A stretch of 64,000 nt of DNA from Culturomica massiliensis. GTDB taxonomy: Bacteria; Bacteroidota; Bacteroidia; Bacteroidales; Marinifilaceae. The notes under the pieces were generated by a model that was not told the DNA's origin, did no database searches, and was given only the letters and a program-made list of their open reading frames with translations. Within the stretch, counting starts at the first letter, position 1. Each line of letters opens with the position of its first letter. This document shows, one piece after another, positions 1-10,899 of the stretch. The translations under genes and the position numbers were made by a program. The stretch covers positions 2,715,858 to 2,779,857 of the forward strand of contig NZ_LT594621.1 of the NCBI RefSeq assembly GCF_900091655.1. Direction: 5' to 3'.

Positions 1-1048
1 CTAAACAAATTCCGATAATTCCCGAAAGCACGAAATACACCGTTGTCTCTACCAGAAAATGAATCCATACACTCTTATTATCAGCACCATAACAACGTTG
101 AATGGCAAACATTCTCAAATTATGTTGGCTCTGTACGACTTTGATCATGACGTAATTACAAGACGAAAGAAAAAATATGAGCAAGGTAATCCCGACAAGC
201 AAACGGGTAAGAAACAGTGAACCCTGAGGTGCTTTATAATCACTGCTGTATTCAACATTCTCTCCGTGGTAATAAACACTACCGAGGGATTGAAGCCTGA
301 ATTGGTATTCTGTTTCCGGCTGGACGACTGCATAAAATTTTTTAATATCCTCTTCTATCGTCTGAATGGAATTTTTCGGACTTAACTGTACATAAGTAAG
401 AGACAAAAAATTATTGTTCCAGTCCGTAAATTGTTCCGTATAACGATAATCCAATACAATATCCGTTTGTAATGTCGACCAGGCAGGAATATTCCGCATA
501 ACAGCGACCACCTGGTAAGGAATAGGCTTGGGAAACCACATATCCGAACGGACATAAACATTTTGTCCGACAGGATCCGTATCCTTAAAGTATTTTTGGG
601 CCGCTCTTTCCGAAATCACAGCCCATCGAAAAGGCAGATTTTGAGAAAATACCCCATGCACCAACGGAAAAGTAAAAACACTGAAAAAAGCAGAATCAGC
701 ATGAAAACATGTTTCTACTGCATTAAAATCGGCCATCCCTTCCGTCTTTATTTCCATTGATTGCGGCCAAATACGAACAAAATCCTCAATCCCGCTGATT
801 TGTCTCAAAACCGAGGGAGCCAGCAACCCACAATGCTCGCTGCTATAGGTATCGTCAGATTTTTCCTTGCCCAATATACGATAAATATTCTCACCATTCC
901 GATGGAATTCATCCGTCTGTACTTCTTTTACAACAAAGCTATAGACAAGGAGACTAATTGCTATCGCAACGCTTAATCCCATCAGGTTTATAAAAATATA
1001 CAACCTGTTTCGCGACAATTGCCGGGTAATAATCGTGAACAATCTCAT
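1..1048 (-). CDS. ABC transporter permease, FtsX/MacB-like. This is the N-terminal part; the 3' end runs off the window.
   Basis: Manual reverse-complement translation from the ATG at 1046-1048 gives an uninterrupted frame (MRLFTIITRQLSRNRLYIFINLMGLSVAIAISLLVYSF...). It shows an N-terminal TM helix, a large periplasmic domain and then a hydrophobic FtsX-type region. It is not in the ORF track because there is no stop codon inside the window. Confidence 0.55.
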   Translation of the reverse strand, partial: MRLFTIITRQLSRNRLYIFINLMGLSVAIAISLLVYSFVVKEVQTDEFHRNGENIYRILGKEKSDDTYSSEHCGLLAPSVLRQISGIEDFVRIWPQSMEIKTEGMADFNAVETCFHADSAFFSVFTFPLVHGVFSQNLPFRWAVISERAAQKYFKDTDPVGQNVYVRSDMWFPKPIPYQVVAVMRNIPAWSTLQTDIVLDYRYTEQFTDWNNNFLSLTYVQLSPKNSIQTIEEDIKKFYAVVQPETEYQFRLQSLGSVYYHGENVEYSSDYKAPQGSLFLTRLLVGITLLIFFLSSCNYVMIKVVQSQHNLRMFAIQRCYGADNKSVWIHFLVETTVYFVLSGIIGICL

Positions 1049-1273
1049 ACATCCGAATCATTTGTATACATAAATTAACAAAACATATGCCATTTTAATA
1101 AACTGCTGTATATAAGAATATTACATACACATAATCCTTTAAACTTGTAAAAGAAATAGACACTTATTGTCTCATTATTAGACAAATGCACAAAACAGAT
1201 ATTCCAATCAGAGATATCCATCCAAGCCTCAACTGTAGATTCAATATTTCAATTTCCGACTCTGTCCATTGTA

Positions 1274-1681
1274 TTATTTTTCTTTTTTCTCCGGATCTAC
1301 CCGGTCCAAATGAAACTCCAGTGCTTTGACAGAGATAAGCAATTCTTTCACCGATAATCCGAGTGAAATAACCAAAAGCAATAATGCCACTCCGAAAATA
1401 TAGACGGCAGCCATTTGCCAGCCAACGTAAATAAAAAGCGTACACACGACACAAAGTAATAAACTCATCACTCCGAAAATTTGCATAGAACGGGTAATAT
1501 AGAGCCTTTTTCTCAAATTATCGATCTGTCTTTGAGTGATAGGTGTCGGATTATTTTCATGCTCATTTTTCAAATTACGGATCACCGAGGCATAGGCCAG
1601 AAAGCGGTTTGTATAGGCCAGCATAATCAAGGATATGGCCGAGAACAATATCGAAGGAGTTGTTAATGTCAAATCTTCCAT
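1274..1681 (-). CDS. DUF2721-like small membrane protein
   Basis: 135-aa ORF with predicted TM helices. It begins MEDLTLTTPSILFSAISLIMLAYTNRF, which is typical of the DUF2721 family as I remember it. Confidence 0.5.
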   Translation of the reverse strand: MEDLTLTTPSILFSAISLIMLAYTNRFLAYASVIRNLKNEHENNPTPITQRQIDNLRKRLYITRSMQIFGVMSLLLCVVCTLFIYVGWQMAAVYIFGVALLLLVISLGLSVKELLISVKALEFHLDRVDPEKKEK

Positions 1682-1824
1682 AATTTCAACTTTTTTAAAT
1701 AGAAAACAACGTTCATAAAAGCAGACGCAAGGCGAAAACCACTTTTTAAAATATACGTATGTAAATTAAGCTTGTTTATTTTTTATTTCAAAAATAAAAA
1801 AACAAATCATCGGTTCCGGCATCC

Positions 1825-1954
1825 AATCGTAAATCAAAATCTTCTAAAGACCAGCGTATATGGTCTATTAAAATCTAAAATCAAATCCGCGGAATCAACA
1901 AAATCTGCAGGCCAGCAAAACCGTAAATCAAAATAAAGCCTCAGTCAATCGTAA
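1825..1954. repeat. Cluster of short AATCGTAAATCAAAATC / AAAATCTAAAATCAAATCC-type motifs, upstream of the lpxH-like gene
   Basis: Direct reading of the sequence. Related motif copies occur at 4026-4107 (opposite orientation) and 41947-42126. Confidence 0.5.
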
Positions 1955-2025
1955 CATATATGTCACTCATTTTTAACGCATTCTTCATAAAAACGGATTT
2001 ATTTTGTATAAGTAAAAAAAGAACT

Positions 2026-2811
2026 ATGAACGACAGATTAAAAGTTTCAACAGTAGTTATCTCGGATGTACATTTGGGTTCTGAACATTCAAAAGTAGAC
2101 GAACTTACTCGTTTTTTGAAAAGTGTTGATTGCGATAAACTTATCCTGAACGGAGATATTATCGACGGTTGGAAACTACAAAAGAATCCTTTCGGCCGTT
2201 GGAAAAAAAGTTATACCGATCTGATCAAAGTCATCATGAAAATGATGGAAAACCATCGGACACAGGTTATTTATGTAAGGGGAAACCACGATGACTTCCT
2301 TGACAAATTAGTACCGTTAATACTCCCCAACATCTCTATTGTCAGCGACTATGTCCATGTATCTAAGGGGAAACGCTATTATGTTACACACGGTGATATC
2401 TTCGATACCATCACATCCCATATGATCTGGCTGGCGAAACTCGGTGATTACGGTTACTCATTCCTGCTGTGGTTGAATAAAATACTGAATAACTATCGCC
2501 GCCGGCATGGTAAGCCTTACTACTCCTTCTCCCAACGTATCAAACACAAAGTAAAATCAGCCGTATCCTACATTTCAGATTTTGAAAAAGAACTGGTACA
2601 GATTGCAGCAAACCGCCACTTTGACGGTATCATCTGCGGGCACATCCATCAACCGGCCGATACCTGGTACGAAAAAGTACATTACCTGAATTCGGGTGAC
2701 TGGGTAGAATCACTCAGTGCACTCGTCGAGTATCCGGACGGCCGTTGGGAAGTATACGATTACAATAAAGATGAAAAAATGCAGGAAAAAACATTAAAAA
2801 TAGCCGTATAG
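2026..2811 (+). CDS. lpxH: UDP-2,3-diacylglucosamine diphosphatase-like metallophosphoesterase (LpxH family)
   Basis: The ORF is 1960..2811. The likely start is the internal Met in MNDRLKVSTVVISDVHLG. Calcineurin-like phosphoesterase motifs are present (DVHLG, GDIIDGW, GNHD, GHIH). Confidence 0.55.
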   Translation: MNDRLKVSTVVISDVHLGSEHSKVDELTRFLKSVDCDKLILNGDIIDGWKLQKNPFGRWKKSYTDLIKVIMKMMENHRTQVIYVRGNHDDFLDKLVPLILPNISIVSDYVHVSKGKRYYVTHGDIFDTITSHMIWLAKLGDYGYSFLLWLNKILNNYRRRHGKPYYSFSQRIKHKVKSAVSYISDFEKELVQIAANRHFDGIICGHIHQPADTWYEKVHYLNSGDWVESLSALVEYPDGRWEVYDYNKDEKMQEKTLKIAV

Positions 2812-2834
2812 AGCCAACATTCAATATCCGATCC

Positions 2835-3995
2835 ATGCGTTTTATTTTCACAATTCAGGGAGAAGGCCGGGGACACTTTACCCAAGCGATAACATTAGAA
2901 CAAATCTTAAGACAGCAAGGTGACGAGGTCGTTGCGATACTTGTCGGCAAAAGCAGCCGCCGTGAAATACCTTCCTTCTTCACAACCAAAGTAAAAGCGC
3001 CTGTATACAGTTTCGAAAGTCCGAATTTTTTACCGACACCACTGAATAAACGTTCACCACTGTTGAAAAGTGTGGCTTTCAATCTGAAAAAACTACCTGC
3101 TTTCAGGCAAAGTATCGGTTTCATAGACCGAAAAATCAAGGAGCTGCAACCGGATATGGTCATTAATTTTTATGAATTAATGACAGGACTGACATACCTG
3201 TTCAGACATCCTGAAACTCCAATGGTTTGCATTGGTCATCAATACCTTTTTCTTCATAAAGACTTTGTATTTCCCCGCAAACCATGGATTCAACTCGCCT
3301 CTCTCCGCTTTTTCACCCGCTTAACTGCCATCGGCTCTTCACTCAAACTCGCACTCTCATTCTATAATTTCCCCGAAGACCCTAAAAAACGAATCATTAT
3401 CGTACCGCCATTACTACGGGAAGAAGTTCTATCCCGAAAACCGACACGAGGTAATTACATTCACGGCTATCTGCTCAATAACGGCTACGTGGAAGAAATT
3501 GCCGAATGGCACCGGCGCTATCCGCATTATCCTCTCCATTTTTTCTGGGACCGGAAAAATGCTCCCGAAACCCAGGAGATCGCACCCGGCCTTACCCTTC
3601 ACCGAATCGACGACAATCTGTTTATCGACTATATGGCCGGATGTAAAGCATTTGCCACCACAGCCGGATTCGAATCAGTCTGCGAGGCCCTTTATTTACA
3701 AAAACCGGTACTCATGGTTCCTGTACACATCGAGCAGGAATGCAATGCGTTCGATGCAACACGTGCCGGAGCAGGAATCCGGTCTGATCGTTTCGATCCG
3801 GAAACCCTGCTTTCCTATCTGCCTTCCTATCGTCCGAATCCCGTTTTCCGCTCCTGGACACAATCGGCCGGGATACGGATTTATGCAACACTCCTAAAAT
3901 ACAAAAGCAACTCCCGGAAAAAAGTCCCCTTTTACGACCGCTGCATCGGTAAACTAAAATCCATCCTTTCCATCAAAACCTTAGTGCAAGTATAA
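2835..3995 (+). CDS. GT-B fold glycosyltransferase (MJ1255/MurG-like)
   Basis: 386 aa. It has an N-terminal G-E-G-R-G-H nucleotide-sugar motif and a length and architecture typical of GT28/GT1-like transferases. Confidence 0.5.
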   Translation: MRFIFTIQGEGRGHFTQAITLEQILRQQGDEVVAILVGKSSRREIPSFFTTKVKAPVYSFESPNFLPTPLNKRSPLLKSVAFNLKKLPAFRQSIGFIDRKIKELQPDMVINFYELMTGLTYLFRHPETPMVCIGHQYLFLHKDFVFPRKPWIQLASLRFFTRLTAIGSSLKLALSFYNFPEDPKKRIIIVPPLLREEVLSRKPTRGNYIHGYLLNNGYVEEIAEWHRRYPHYPLHFFWDRKNAPETQEIAPGLTLHRIDDNLFIDYMAGCKAFATTAGFESVCEALYLQKPVLMVPVHIEQECNAFDATRAGAGIRSDRFDPETLLSYLPSYRPNPVFRSWTQSAGIRIYATLLKYKSNSRKKVPFYDRCIGKLKSILSIKTLVQV

Positions 3996-4025
3996 ACGTT
4001 TAAGCAACAAAACCATATACCCAGG

Positions 4026-4107
4026 TTTTAAATTGTAGATTGACGATTTTAGATTACATTTACAATTCCTTCTCTGGAAGAGAAAAATATAAATCGTAAA
4101 TTAAAAA
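4026..4107. repeat. Inverted copy of the TAGATTGACGATTTTAGATTACATTTACAATT / AAATCGTAAATT motif family
   Basis: Its reverse complement matches the AATCTAAAATCGT[AC]AATCTA motif seen at 42086-42126. Confidence 0.45.
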
Positions 4108-4120
4108 TAAATATACGGCT

Positions 4121-5017
4121 ATGCTTACGTTTCAACCCATCACACCGGAAATCAGAGAGCTAATCACCACCTACACCCTACCCGGCGAATACCGTGACAA
4201 CAACTTATCCATTTGCAACCTGTGCTGTTGGCATTTTCTCAACGAAAGCAGTTATACATTGATCGGTAAACAACTGGTTATACGCTTCCGCTACCACGAC
4301 GGCAATTCGATTTATACATTACCTTTCGGAGAAGGAAATACGGCTGAAACGTTAGAAATACTACATACAGAAGCCCAAAACAACAAACAGCCTCTGATGT
4401 TTTTCGGTTCCTCTCCTTATCTTCAAAATGAGCTTGAAAAATATTTTGAACAAAAATTCAAATACCATTACCCGCGGGATCATGCCGACTATCTTTACAT
4501 CCGCGAAAACTTAGTCACACTCAGAGGAAAAGACTACCAACCGAAACGCAATCATGCAAACCGTTTCCGTAAAAAATACGATTATCAATATTTACCGCTG
4601 ACTCCGGCCATTGTTCCTCATTGCCTGGACCTGGCTGCAAAATGGTGTGAAGAACACGATTGCCAGGACGATCCCAATTTGCAATACGAACAACAAGCCA
4701 TGAAATTTGCCATGGAACACTTTGAGACACTGGCCCTTCTAGGGGGAGCCTTATGGGTAGATAATGAAATCGTAGCTTTTACTTACGGAGCCCCGGTCAA
4801 TTACGATACATTCTGTGTACACATAGAAAAGGCTGATACAAATTTTGACGGGGCTTACACCGTAATGAATCAGGAATTTGCTTCCAGAATCCCGGAACAG
4901 TTTACTTATATAAACCGGGAAGAAGATTTAGGTATACCCGGTTTAAGAAAGGCCAAACTATCATATTCCCCGGCGCTTCTATTAAAAAAATGCCGGGCTA
5001 CACTTATTGAAGAATAA
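4121..5017 (+). CDS. DUF2156-like protein (GNAT-like fold; lysyl-phosphatidylglycerol synthase C-terminal-like)
   Basis: 298 aa with no signal peptide. The sequence (ICNLCCWHF...YLYIRENLVTLRGKDYQPKRNHANRFRKKY) resembles the DUF2156 family. Confidence 0.5.
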   Translation: MLTFQPITPEIRELITTYTLPGEYRDNNLSICNLCCWHFLNESSYTLIGKQLVIRFRYHDGNSIYTLPFGEGNTAETLEILHTEAQNNKQPLMFFGSSPYLQNELEKYFEQKFKYHYPRDHADYLYIRENLVTLRGKDYQPKRNHANRFRKKYDYQYLPLTPAIVPHCLDLAAKWCEEHDCQDDPNLQYEQQAMKFAMEHFETLALLGGALWVDNEIVAFTYGAPVNYDTFCVHIEKADTNFDGAYTVMNQEFASRIPEQFTYINREEDLGIPGLRKAKLSYSPALLLKKCRATLIEE

Positions 5018-5026
5018 AGCGGAAAC

Positions 5027-5305
5027 TTAAGAAAGTAATAAATCTTCATATTCTTTATGCCGAATCATGAATGTTTCTGCAAAAGGACAAGAAGGCACTA
5101 CATTCAGATGACTTTCCCGTGCATATTCCAATGCTTGTTTTACCAATGCCGAGCCGACTCCCTTACCTTCCAGTTCCATCGGCACAACCGTATGCAGAAT
5201 ATCCATCACGCCGTCGGCAATAACATACTCCAGATAAGCTGTACTTCCCTGTATTTCAACCTCAAACCGGCTTTTCTTTTGACTATGACCCACCTTATAT
5301 TTCAT
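5027..5305 (-). CDS. GNAT family N-acetyltransferase (small, YjdJ-like)
   Basis: 92 aa with an acetyl-CoA-binding-like stretch (LEGKGVGSALVKQALEYA). Confidence 0.6.
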   Translation of the reverse strand: MKYKVGHSQKKSRFEVEIQGSTAYLEYVIADGVMDILHTVVPMELEGKGVGSALVKQALEYARESHLNVVPSCPFAETFMIRHKEYEDLLLS

Positions 5306-5445
5306 AACTTCAGTTATTAGTAAATAAATCCATCTTATTTATCGAATTCCATCAGAAAATGATAGCGAAATATAGACAATAAATGTGAAAAACAAAACAA
5401 AGAACTATGTTTTAAAAAATAACCTTTATTTTTGCGGAACGACTT

Positions 5446-8400
5446 ATGTTGAGAAAATTATTATTTCTACTATTATCAGTCTGTTCGACATATATTTGCG
5501 TAGGTAATCCTTATGCCGACGACTTCGAATCCGTAACTCCGGATCAAGGCCTGGCCGATCCGGTCATATATTGTTTTGCCCAGGATCCGCAAGGCTATAT
5601 CTGGATCGGAACAAAAGGAGGCCTAACCCGCTATGACGGTTACAGATTTACTACTTATACCCACACGGCAGGCGATACCACCTCTCTTTCTCATTCCCGG
5701 ATCAATTGTCTGATGGCTGACGGAGATACGATATACATCGGAACAGACAGAGGGCTCAACCTATACGATATCCGTACCGGCAAAATCCGGCAACTCCTCA
5801 ATACGCAAAATTATTCCGTAAAATTTATTCTTCATGATGCAAACAAACGTTTATGGATAGGTACAAATCAAGGCTTACTGAACTTCACTGAAAAAGGCAT
5901 CGTCCGTTATTCCCGGCAAGACAGTCTTCACTATTTCCCCGGCGAATATGTCCCCTGCGGATACCTTGCCGATGACTCCGTCCTCTATGCCGGCACTCAT
6001 AATTACATCTGCCGTTACCGGGAAGACGGGAAATTCAATCCGATACCCTTGCCTTTTTCTGAAAATTTAAAAGATAACTTGCTGCTTTCACTGATCGGAG
6101 ACAAGGAATATCCGGGGCAGCTATGGCTGGGTACAGAACAAGGTTTAATCCGGACGGATATGACAACGGGCAAATCAACCTTGTTTCTCCCCAATACACC
6201 GATCAAATCTCTGCTATACGACGAAAACGGATCGCTTTGGATCGGGACGGACAACGGACTGTATATTAAATCTCCGGGGACGACTGATTTTACCTATAAA
6301 AGAAAAAGTACCGATAACCCATATTCATTGCAAAACGATGTTGTATGGACCATTTTCAAGGACCGTGAATCCAACCTTTGGTTCGGAACAGACAACGGCA
6401 TATCCATAAAACAAGCCCGCAACAGCTACAATAGTTATTCCATCCGGGAAATTACAGGCAGTAACGAAGAAAACCTGCTCTTTACCATCCACCGGGACAA
6501 TCACGGCAATCTATGGCTGGGAGGATCAAACGGACTTATCCGCTGGCACCGGGCCACCGGAAAATACGAATGGTTTAAAGCCGGTAAAAACGGATTGTCT
6601 CACAACAAAGTACGCTATTTGTATGAAGACCCGCAATCGCTCTGGATAGCTACAGACGGCGGACTCAACTGCTACAATTATGCCGGCGGACAAATCCACC
6701 GCTATATCATCCGGGACAAAAACGAAGCCTATAACTCAAACTGGATGTATTGCATCGTCGAAGATAAAGCCGGAAAACTATGGCTGGGAACTTATGAAGG
6801 CGGAATCTTTGTTGTTGATAAAAAACAGTTGTCAACAACCGCAGACATCATATATGCGGAAAATCATTTCGGTAGCTATACCGCTACCCGGTCCATATCG
6901 GGAAATATTATCAATTCACTTGCCTTGCATCCGGACGGGGCAGTATGGGCCGGTACAGACAACTCAGGCATCAACCGGATTTCGACAATTGAACAAAAGG
7001 TCAATATCTATACGCATCCGGCCGACGGTTTGAGCAGCAATTTTATCAAATCCCTTGCCATAGACGATAAAGGAGAAATATGGATCGGTGCGGACAATGG
7101 ACTCAATTACCTGAAAAAGCCTTATGAACAAATCCGGACAATAGAACCGGAAAAAATTACCGATCCGGTACGTTTTATCACAATTCAAAACGATAACCTC
7201 TGGTTCGGTACCAACATTGGAATTGCTTGTTATAATCGCACCCGCCGAAATCTCAATGCAGTATACCTGGGACAATCCTACTTTTCCTGTGCCACCTATT
7301 ACGCCCCCGAAAACCGAATGTACCTGGGAGCGCCCAACGGAGTAATCGAATTTTATCCCGACTCCCTTTTAAAAGCAGAAACCGTACCGAGTTTACAAAT
7401 TACCGGATATTCCACGGACAACGATCAAACTCAAAAAGAATTATTTGAAAGGAAAACACTTCGTTTACCTTACCGGCAAAACTCCTTTTCCGTAGAATTT
7501 TCGGCATTCCTTTACCGCAAAGCTTTTCTACGATATGCCTACCGTCTGAAAGGATACGACAATATATGGCGGGAAATACCGGGAATCTCCAACCGGGCCA
7601 CCTATATCAACGTACCTCCCGGACAATATACGTTCGAGGTAGGTAATGTTGACAGCGACGGAACATTCATGGACAATACTGCATCCGTCGAAATCACAAT
7701 ACTTCCGCCCTGGTATCGTACAACGATTGCTTTACTCGTTTACATTCTGCTGCTGGCAGGCATTGTCATCGGGATCATCTACCGCACCCACAAACGCCAC
7801 CGACAGGAAATCGAACGGGTGAAACGGGAAAAAACGATGAAATTAACACGCATGAAACTTGATTTCTTTGCCAATGTATCCCATGAATTCAAGACACCTT
7901 TGAGTCTGATTATCGGTTACATCAGTCAGTTAATCGTGCACGAAACCGACAACGAACAAAAGCGACAAATGCAGATTGTCCGCAAAAACGCAGATAAGAT
8001 ACATACACTCATCAATCAAATGCTTGATTACAAAGAAGGCGAAAACAAAGACGAGGAATTGATATTATCGGAAACAACCCTGCCTGAATTTATCCGGGAA
8101 ATATTCACACAATTTGAAACCACATTCCGGGAGAAAGGAATCAATGCCGAATTTACCGCCGATAATATCCCGCACACCTTCTCCATCGACCGGGTAAAAA
8201 TGGAATCGGTATTGACCAATTTATTATCGAATGCTTCCAAATTCGTTTCTCCACAGGGCCATATCCGGCTATCCGTAACTACGGTTCAAGAAGACGAACA
8301 ATTTTATACCGCTTCAATTTCAATAGAAGACGACGGTTGCGGAATCCCCGCAAACGATTTACCGAAAGTATTTGACCGCTATTTTATATCACAGTCTTCG

Positions 8401-9378
8401 CAGCACCTGAACAAAGAAGGTAGCGGTATCGGCCTGGATATCGCCCGGAAAATTGTAGAACAACACGGAGGAACGATTGGTATCCGATCGGAAGAAAATA
8501 AAGGAACCTGTGTAACCATCACTTTGACAACCTCTAAAACAATCGCTTTTACCAAAGACGGACTCCCCGGCAATCGGATTGGTACACCGGCAGAGAAACC
8601 GATTGTCCTGGTTGTAGAAGACAATACCGAAATCCGGGAATTCATCACATCAAATCTATCGGAGCATTTCTGCTTCCTGACGGCAAGCAACGGGAAGGAG
8701 GGTGTGGACATCGCCCGGAAATCCATGCCCCAACTGATCATTACCGATCTGATGATGCCGGAAGCCGACGGCGAATACCTCTGCCGTAGCTTAAGAAACA
8801 ATGTCAACACGGCATTTATCCCGGTCATCATCCTCACAGCCCGCAACGACAGTCAGACAGAATTACAGTCGTACGAATACGCCGACGCTTTTATCACAAA
8901 ACCGTTCGACCTGAACTACCTTTACCGCTTAAGTGAAAAATTAATCACCAAATCCCGGAAAATCGCCGAAAAAACACGCCAAAAAGAGATCATTACCCCT
9001 CAAGTCACAGAACTCATTTCCCCTGACGAGCAATTTTTAAAACAAATCACCCATATTATCGAGGAATCCCTTTCCGATCCGGATCTGAACGTAACCACCC
9101 TCTGTCAGAAAAGCGGCATAAACGACAAGCAGGTATACCGGAAAATCAAACAATTGACAGGGATGAGTGTCGTCGAGTACATCCGGAGCATCCGCCTCAA
9201 AAAAGCCGCCATGTTCTTACGCCAGGACAAACTAAGCGTTTCCGAAATCATGTACCTGGTCGGATTCTCCAACGCCTCCTATTTTACCCGCTGCTTCAAA
9301 GAAGAATACGGTGTCAGCCCCAAAGAATTTACCAGACAAAATAACACAAGTAAGCACGACAAACCTACTGAAAACTGA
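5446..9378 (+). CDS. Hybrid two-component system sensor histidine kinase/response regulator with C-terminal AraC-type HTH (Bacteroidetes HTCS)
   Basis: 1310 aa. It has a signal peptide and periplasmic beta-propeller 'two-component regulator propeller' repeats (WIGT/WFGT). It continues with a Y_Y_Y domain, a TM helix, HisKA (FANVSHEFKTPL) and HATPase (GSGIGLDIARKIVEQHGG) domains. A receiver domain (VLVVEDN...DLMMPE) and an AraC HTH (YFTRCFKEEYGVSPKEF) follow. Confidence 0.9.
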   Translation: MLRKLLFLLLSVCSTYICVGNPYADDFESVTPDQGLADPVIYCFAQDPQGYIWIGTKGGLTRYDGYRFTTYTHTAGDTTSLSHSRINCLMADGDTIYIGTDRGLNLYDIRTGKIRQLLNTQNYSVKFILHDANKRLWIGTNQGLLNFTEKGIVRYSRQDSLHYFPGEYVPCGYLADDSVLYAGTHNYICRYREDGKFNPIPLPFSENLKDNLLLSLIGDKEYPGQLWLGTEQGLIRTDMTTGKSTLFLPNTPIKSLLYDENGSLWIGTDNGLYIKSPGTTDFTYKRKSTDNPYSLQNDVVWTIFKDRESNLWFGTDNGISIKQARNSYNSYSIREITGSNEENLLFTIHRDNHGNLWLGGSNGLIRWHRATGKYEWFKAGKNGLSHNKVRYLYEDPQSLWIATDGGLNCYNYAGGQIHRYIIRDKNEAYNSNWMYCIVEDKAGKLWLGTYEGGIFVVDKKQLSTTADIIYAENHFGSYTATRSISGNIINSLALHPDGAVWAGTDNSGINRISTIEQKVNIYTHPADGLSSNFIKSLAIDDKGEIWIGADNGLNYLKKPYEQIRTIEPEKITDPVRFITIQNDNLWFGTNIGIACYNRTRRNLNAVYLGQSYFSCATYYAPENRMYLGAPNGVIEFYPDSLLKAETVPSLQITGYSTDNDQTQKELFERKTLRLPYRQNSFSVEFSAFLYRKAFLRYAYRLKGYDNIWREIPGISNRATYINVPPGQYTFEVGNVDSDGTFMDNTASVEITILPPWYRTTIALLVYILLLAGIVIGIIYRTHKRHRQEIERVKREKTMKLTRMKLDFFANVSHEFKTPLSLIIGYISQLIVHETDNEQKRQMQIVRKNADKIHTLINQMLDYKEGENKDEELILSETTLPEFIREIFTQFETTFREKGINAEFTADNIPHTFSIDRVKMESVLTNLLSNASKFVSPQGHIRLSVTTVQEDEQFYTASISIEDDGCGIPANDLPKVFDRYFISQSSQHLNKEGSGIGLDIARKIVEQHGGTIGIRSEENKGTCVTITLTTSKTIAFTKDGLPGNRIGTPAEKPIVLVVEDNTEIREFITSNLSEHFCFLTASNGKEGVDIARKSMPQLIITDLMMPEADGEYLCRSLRNNVNTAFIPVIILTARNDSQTELQSYEYADAFITKPFDLNYLYRLSEKLITKSRKIAEKTRQKEIITPQVTELISPDEQFLKQITHIIEESLSDPDLNVTTLCQKSGINDKQVYRKIKQLTGMSVVEYIRSIRLKKAAMFLRQDKLSVSEIMYLVGFSNASYFTRCFKEEYGVSPKEFTRQNNTSKHDKPTEN

Positions 9379-9443
9379 AAAAATCAATATTCTTCTATTT
9401 CAGCAAAATTCGCATAAATACAATTTTACAGAAAAATAAAGAC

Positions 9444-10259
9444 ATGTACACTGAACACCGGCCTTGCACTTTACTCTCTCCCTACATCGACAAATACTGG
9501 GAATTCAAAGGTAATCCAGAACAAGGGACACGTATCAACATACTTCCGGACGGATGTACGGATTTTATCTTCACTTTGGGAGATTCTCCACAGACCCTAA
9601 ACGGCAACCTGACAATGCGGCCTTTTCATACCTACTTCATAGGACCGATGACAGGGTATTCGGAATTGATTACTTATACAAAAACCGTTCATATGCTCGG
9701 AATCCGCTTCCGGCCTTACGGAATATTCCGCTTTTTGGAACTGCCTCTACACGAACTCACCGATCAAAGGCTTTATGCCGGAGATATCAACACTTTCTTC
9801 AACGATTCATGGACACAGCAATTATCCGAACAACAAATCACCATAAAACAAATAAGCTTAATCGAAACCAGACTTATACAAGCGCTATACGAATATAAGC
9901 CGGTTCCCGATAAACCGATTTCATACGCAATCAACCAAATAAATACATTTAAAGGAAAACTTTCAATCCACACCTTGGTTGATAACATCTGTTTATCTCA
10001 ACGTCATTTTGAACGAAAATTCAAAACATATACCGGATATACCCCTAAAGCATACAGCAGAATCGTAAAATTCAGGAATGCCGTCGACATTTTACGTAAA
10101 ACGACTTTCGACAATTTATTATCCATCGCAATTGAAACCGGCTACTACGATGTTCCCCACCTTTCGAGAGAGATAAAAAAGATGTCCGGCAATACCCCGC
10201 TCTCGTTCTTATCATTACCCCCGGAAAGCGAAACGGCTTTACTTTATATAGAACAATAA
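9444..10259 (+). CDS. AraC family transcriptional regulator
   Basis: 271 aa. There is an N-terminal sensing domain and a C-terminal AraC HTH (SQRHFERKFKTYTGYTPKAYSRIVKF). Confidence 0.75.
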   Translation: MYTEHRPCTLLSPYIDKYWEFKGNPEQGTRINILPDGCTDFIFTLGDSPQTLNGNLTMRPFHTYFIGPMTGYSELITYTKTVHMLGIRFRPYGIFRFLELPLHELTDQRLYAGDINTFFNDSWTQQLSEQQITIKQISLIETRLIQALYEYKPVPDKPISYAINQINTFKGKLSIHTLVDNICLSQRHFERKFKTYTGYTPKAYSRIVKFRNAVDILRKTTFDNLLSIAIETGYYDVPHLSREIKKMSGNTPLSFLSLPPESETALLYIEQ

Positions 10260-10332
10260 AGTCGTTTTTATACAATACGATTCAATTTTTCGATCATATA
10301 TTTGTTCCCATAAATCTATAAACACATATTCA

Positions 10333-10743
10333 ATGGAGACATTAAACGAAAAAGCTTCGGTTATATTACAAAACAGTGAAATAGTAGTACTTACATCAGT
10401 AAACCAGGAAGGATACCCCAGACCGGTTCCCATGAGTAAAATCAAAGCCGAAGGCATTTCGGTTGTCTGGGTGGCGACAGGGAAAAATTCAGCGAAAACC
10501 AAAGATTTCTCTTTAAATCCCAAAGCGGGATTATGCTTTTACGAAAACGGAAACAGCGTAGCCCTGACAGGAGAAATTGAAATCATCACAGACGAAGCCA
10601 TAAAAAAAGAACTTTGGCAAGACTGGTTTATCAGTCATTTCCCGGGAGGCCCGACCGATCCCAATTACATCCTATTAAAATTCAAATCCCGGGAAGTTAC
10701 ATTCTGGATTGACGGCAGCTTCATCCACAGGAAAGTCAAATAA
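10333..10743 (+). CDS. Pyridoxamine 5'-phosphate oxidase family (FMN-binding split barrel) protein
   Basis: 136 aa with typical family sequence (VLTSVNQEGYPRPVPMS...GLCFYENGNSVALTGEIEIITD). Confidence 0.65.
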   Translation: METLNEKASVILQNSEIVVLTSVNQEGYPRPVPMSKIKAEGISVVWVATGKNSAKTKDFSLNPKAGLCFYENGNSVALTGEIEIITDEAIKKELWQDWFISHFPGGPTDPNYILLKFKSREVTFWIDGSFIHRKVK

Positions 10744-10793
10744 CGGAAAAGCAGGTACACACCTGTAAGGCAAGTTGTAAATAGACTGCAACA

Positions 10794-10832
10794 CAAAATT
10801 TCGACCGGCTTCACCTTATCCGGTCGAAATCA
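10794..10832. terminator. Hairpin terminator between convergent genes
   Basis: TTTCGACCGG-(11 nt)-CCGGTCGAAA forms a perfect 10-bp stem followed by TCATTTTTC. Confidence 0.55.
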
Positions 10833-10899
10833 TTTTTCAAACTTTACAGATAACGTAGAGAAACATCTTATACCTCCGGACAAACCGATAAATATAAGA

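Noticed and set aside
563-976. Plus-strand ORFs of 65 and 71 aa
   Set aside because: They lie inside the minus-strand FtsX-permease coding frame, which is continuous. They have no protein-like composition.
1164-1454. 96-aa minus-strand ORF
   Set aside because: It overlaps the better-supported 135-aa DUF2721-like ORF in another frame.
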